63,802 nucleotides of DNA from assembly GCA_000388065.2 (NCBI GenBank), contig KB932204.1; one strand, given 5' to 3'. Source of the stretch: Fonticula alba ATCC 38817. Taxonomy: Eukaryota; Protista; Nucleariida. Under the pieces are notes generated by a model, which had not been told where the DNA came from, searched no databases, and saw nothing but the letters and a program-made list of their open reading frames with translations. Shown piece after piece: positions 59,648 through 63,802 of the stretch; within the stretch, counting starts at the first letter, position 1; each line of letters opens with the position of its first letter. The translations under genes were made by a program, and so were the position numbers.

Positions 59648-60715
59648 GTGGGCATACGCATGGGTATCTCTGCACGTACCGCAAAGCAGGGGGTGCGTCC
59701 TGGGCGGATGAGTTGGATGTGTCCGCCAACAGCGTCCTCACTGGCACCGGTCTCGATCCAAGTGGCCCCAATCATGTTGCAGATCTGCGAGATGTTGGCA
59801 AGACAGGGTGAGGAACGGCTCAGGCGGTGGAGCAAGGGAGAGGAAGCGCGACGCGACAGGAGCATACCATATTGACGGACAGCCGGGCTTGGTAGTTGTC
59901 CACACAGCAGATGACCAGGTCCACCGGGCGGGTGCCGCAAATGGAGCCGGTTTTGAGACTTGGGCGATGGCGGTCGGGGTCAATGGGAAGGAGGGCGGAG
60001 GAGGGCAGCAAGCCCAGCAGGGGGCCTCACGCACAGGGTCAAAAGATGGGCGGCTGTTTCGACTACCGAAACATCCCAACAGTATGCATTAATGGCGGCC
60101 TCGCGGAAGGCCTGAGGCTTGTCCTCGTGCGGAACCCCAGCCAGTACTGAGGTGTAGGAGTCGGGCGGAGCCGCGGGGAGGTACTGGCGCAGGCGCGCGG
60201 CCAGGGCCAAGGCCTTGCTCTGGTGGAGGTCACCGATCTCGGCGCCGAGGCTGGCCAATGGTCAGGACAGGCTGGGTGCATGGGGCAGGGCAGGGGGCCG
60301 GGAGGCGAAAAAAAGAAAAAGCCAGGCAGCAGGAAGTGGGCGATCGGGGAAAGGGAGGGAGGGGGAGTGGGGGGTCAGCCGGCGTGGCATACCGATTGAG
60401 GTTGGCCGGCTCAAAGCGGTCACGATCGATCAGATGGAGGCGGCCAATGTGTGACCGGGCCAGCATCTCTGCGGCCACGGCCCCCACACCGCCAGTGCCA
60501 ATGACAACCACCGCCTTGTTGGCCATGATGTCGCAGAAGGCCCGGCCGCGGGAGGCGGACTCTGGCCGCGCATGGATGTGAGAAAAGCGACTGAGGGCAT
60601 TCAGTCGAGTGTCAGCTCCGGCGAGAGTGGCAGCGGCTTCCGGAGTGGTTTCGGCCGGGACGGCTTGGCGTTCCAACGAAGGGGGCGAGAAGAGTGGCAG
60701 CTTGGCACGCGGCAT
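58834..60715 (-). CDS. UBA5: Ubiquitin-like modifier-activating enzyme 5 (UFM1 E1), divergent
   Basis: complement(join(58834..59095,59209..59390,59680..59784,59868..59958,60035..60250,60393..60715)). Motifs [66 protein letters not shown], catalytic CAASVPTT, and [17 protein letters not shown]. The acceptor at 59390 is the least certain boundary. Confidence 0.88.
59441..59644 (+). repeat. (CAG)n / minus-strand (CTG)n trinucleotide array, about 60 or more units, interrupted by a 10-N gap, in UBA5 intron 4
   Basis: Read directly. The gap at 59541-59550 means the true length is unknown. Confidence 0.92.
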
Positions 60716-61603
60716 GGCGCCAAAGGATGGTGAGCGGGGAAGGGAGGGGAGGGGAGGGGGGAGGGGGGAGGAGAGGGAACACCCCGGAAAAATGGGCCTG
60801 CGAGGCAGACTGGGCAGCGAGGGGAATGGGAGGGCAGACGCCTGTACAGGGCCGGATGTCATCTCCCGGGCCGTGTGAGTGAGTGCGCCGGGCGGATCCT
60901 TTTCTCCCTTTAGGCTCTGCTCGCGGGTGGATGCCCGCTGCCCGAACATTGCGAGTGTATATGTGTGTGCGTGTGCGGTGCGGCTGCGAACGCGCCGATC
61001 GCCGGGGTCGTCGGACGAGGGCGCGATATGCACGTGAATTGTTCACCACGTGCAACTCCAGAACAGGACCCTGTGGGACTGCGGTCCTCCTGGCGTGCGG
61101 CTCTGTCTCCCCCGCGAGGATCCTTTTCCAGGGGAGTTGGCGTGCTTCGCTGCTGTGGTGGGACACGTTGGGGGCGGGCTTTTTTTTTTTCTTTTTTCGC
61201 TGTGTGGTCTGGCCACGCTTCGGGCACGGGGCAGAGACAGGCAACTGGGGGGGGGGGACCGCACGAGTAGCCTTCTGCATGCCATGCCCTTGCGGCACGC
61301 TCCTCCCGCCGGAACCTGGGTGCGGGCGGTGCATGGGTCCTCACCAGCGTGGGTGTTCTGGCGTGTGCGCCCGGCGCTCGGCGCTCGGCTTGGACGCCAC
61401 ACTGCCCCCACTGCTGGACCCTCCTCCGAGGGTGGATCCAGTGGCGCGCGCGGGAGCCTCCTTCTTTTCCGGCGCCCTGGCGCCGTACACCGAGAAGATG
61501 CTCTGACAAACTCCCCCCTCCCCCACCTCCCATTCCCCTCTCCTCCTTCCCTTCTCCCGTTTTCCATCTTCGTTTCCGTCTGTCGGCCGGACGCACAATC
61601 ACC

Positions 61604-62024
61604 ATGACGAACCCCAAGATTCCCGAGCCCACCATCGACGGCACCTTCTCCCACAAGGGTTACTGCAATGCCTGCCGCATTGTCGGCTCGGTTTCCTTCG
61701 CCGCCGCCTCCGCCTACGTGGCGTATGAGGGTTTCCGAAACTTCAAGCTCACCGGTGCCAAGCCCGTGCCTTACTATCTGGGGTCTGGCGGTGCGTGTTC
61801 CTCTTCCTCTCCTGCCCCTGCTTCGTCCTCCCCCCCACCCCCCCCACCCCTACCCCCATCTCGCACATCACACGGTGGTCTAACTTCTTTCCATCTCTCT
61901 CTCTCTTGACTCAATAGTGCTGCTGGCCATCGCCGTGGCCCGGTGGGTGACCAAGCCCCCGGCCGATGTGCAGCTGGCTGCCATGCAGCGTGAGGCCGAT
62001 AAGAAGATGCTCGAGCAGCTGTAA
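61604..62024 (+). CDS. Small membrane protein, DUF4536/DMAC1-like (CxxC followed by two hydrophobic segments)
   Basis: join(61604..61790,61918..62024). Branch CTAAC at 61880. GYCNACRIVGSVSFAAASAYVAYE..YYLGSG|VLLAIAVARW fits the CxxCR..G..G pattern of DUF4536. Confidence 0.6.
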
Positions 62025-62656
62025 TGCCCGATCTTGCCCCCCCTCCCCCCCCCTCTCTCTCTCTCTCTGGATGTGCCGCGCGATCTCTTTGCCACCCCTC
62101 TGCCCTTTTTCTACCATCCTCCCCTCCCCCTGTGAAAAAAAGCCCCCGTCTCGGCACTCCTGGCGTGCTGGCACCTTGCCTCATCATCTCGCTTCCTTGC
62201 TGATGTTACGACAGGGAGACCCAGCTGTGTGGGACCTTTAGATGCCTGCGCGCCGGGCCCCGCTCTGCCTGATCCATCATCCATCCGTCTATCTCTATCT
62301 CTCTCTATATATATGCATATGCATGCACACGTTCTCGCATGTTTCTTTGGTTTTTTTTTCGCGTGCGCGCCTTGACGACGCGCTTGTGCCGAACCCTGCC
62401 CTGCCAGGCATCCCTCCCTCTTTCGGGGCAAAAAGAGCACTGCCCGGTCCGGGAGAGAGCATCTATGTGTGTTATTGGCTGGGAGGGAGAGAGAGAGAGG
62501 GGGGGAGGGACAGATCGAGGGAGGCCATTAGCCGCGAATGGGGAGGGGGGAAGGAGGGGGGAACTCCGGGAGAAGGGATGGTACAAGGACAGGGAGGGGG
62601 AGAGGGGGAGCGCGCGGTGGCCAGCCAGGGGAGAGGGAGAGAAAGTGAAGGGCTTC

Positions 62657-63543
62657 TTAGACAATCGGGCGCTTCTTCTCGCGGCGCTCGACGCGCTCGA
62701 GGCGGTACTCCTCGATGACCTTGTCCATGCGCAGGAGGTTCTTCTTGAGGGTATCGATGCTGTGTGGTAGGTGGGCGGAAGGGGGGGGGGGAGCAGATGC
62801 GCACACGGCGACAAGGTGAGCGAGTGTATATATATATATATATATGCGTGTGTGTGAGTGAGTGGGAGGGGAGGCAGCGGCGGAAAAGAGAGGAGGTATT
62901 GCCCCCTTCGCTGGAGGAGGAAGAGAGGCGAGCGCGCACCGAGCCTGCTTGGTGTGCTCGTCCTTGTGGAGCTTGGGCGGCCGGGCGATGCCGCGCATGG
63001 GGGTGCGCTGCTTCTCGGGCAGCGGCCAGTCGAGCTCCACGCCGTTGAGCTTGCCGAGGTAGACCATCCGGCGCAGGCGGGCGATGGTGCGCTTGCTGTC
63101 CTGTGTGGGCGCGCGGGGCGTGCATGCGGAGACACGCACACGCGAGTAGGGCAAAGAGAAGACGGGGGAGAGGAGGAGTAAGTGTCTGGAAAATGCGGGA
63201 GGGACAAGAGACAGAGCCCGAGGGGGGGGGGGGGAGGACGAACCAGGGGCTTGCGCCAGACACCGTTCTCCATGAGGGTCGGCTTGGACCGGACCTCGAG
63301 GGCCTCGAGGCGGTTGAGCAGGCCACGCGGGTGCGAGGTGCAAATGCTGGCCGCGCGACGAAGAGAGCGCTTGCTGGGAGGGGCGGCGGCCTCCGGGATC
63401 TCCTCCAGGGCCTGCTCGGCGGGCTCGTCCGTCTGGACGGCCTGGGAGAAGAGGCGCGCCGCGGCCGGCTGGACAGCCGGGCCACGGAAGGCGGAGGAGG
63501 CGGCCGAGGCGGCCAGGCGCCGGGAAACAACAGCGCTAAGCAT
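62657..63543 (-). CDS. MRPL25: Mitochondrial ribosomal large-subunit protein mL59 (fungal Mrpl25-like)
   Basis: complement(join(62657..62759,62940..63100,63244..63543)). Arg/Ala/Ser-rich mitochondrial presequence MLSAVVSRRLAASAASSAFR..LFS. Motifs KPTLMENGVWRKPL|DSKRTIARLRR, PPKLHKDE and KKNLLRMDKVIEEYR. Confidence 0.7.
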
Positions 63544-63802
63544 GGGGAAACGAGGGAGGAGGGACGGAGGACAGGATCGCAGGCGGCTAGGCTTGCGGCT
63601 GCGGGGGCGGGAGGAAGAGGGCCAGGGGGGAGAGGAGCGAGAGACAGGGCAGGGGAGGGGGGAGGGGGGGGGGGGATCGCGAGGCGGGCGAGAAATGGGC
63701 AAGCGCCCGGCCGGGGTGCGTCCCCAGGGCGGGCCTTTGAGCCCGCGGAGCAATCCCTCATTCTTCTGGTGGACCCGGGTCTCCGGCGGGGGGGGGGGGG
63801 GG

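Overview
This is eukaryotic, intron-rich, very GC-rich draft genomic DNA. It has nine N-gaps and many G/C homopolymers and microsatellites. There is no CRISPR array, rRNA gene or intact mobile element. Nearly all long ORFs in the supplied track are GC/low-complexity artefacts or single exons. By joining GT-AG exons in frame I reconstructed 16 protein-coding genes and one tRNA, in this order: class C-like 7TM receptor (+), membrane-anchored PhoD phosphatase (+), ankyrin-DHYC palmitoyltransferase AKR1 (+), ORC6 with a C-terminal AT-hook (+), Ku70 (-), GT92 glycosyltransferase (-), tRNA-Asp(GTC) (-), small Cys-rich GPI-type protein (+), DGAT2-family acyltransferase (-), Myb/SANT-like protein (+), micro-exon coiled-coil protein (-), MCFD2-like EF-hand protein (+), REXO1/Rex3-like exonuclease (-), Nup188-like nucleoporin (+), UBA5 (-), DUF4536/DMAC1-like protein (+), mitoribosomal mL59 (-). 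Family calls come from motifs I recognised by eye; no database search was run. The gene mix and CTAAC/CTGAC branch points suggest an early-branching opisthokont protist such as Fonticula (inference only). The strongest leads are four. (1) ORC6 carries an AT-hook. (2) 37 of 45 inferred splice donors have C at +4 and none has A. (3) UBA5 looks eroded. (4) Several surface or regulatory proteins have no family I can recognise.
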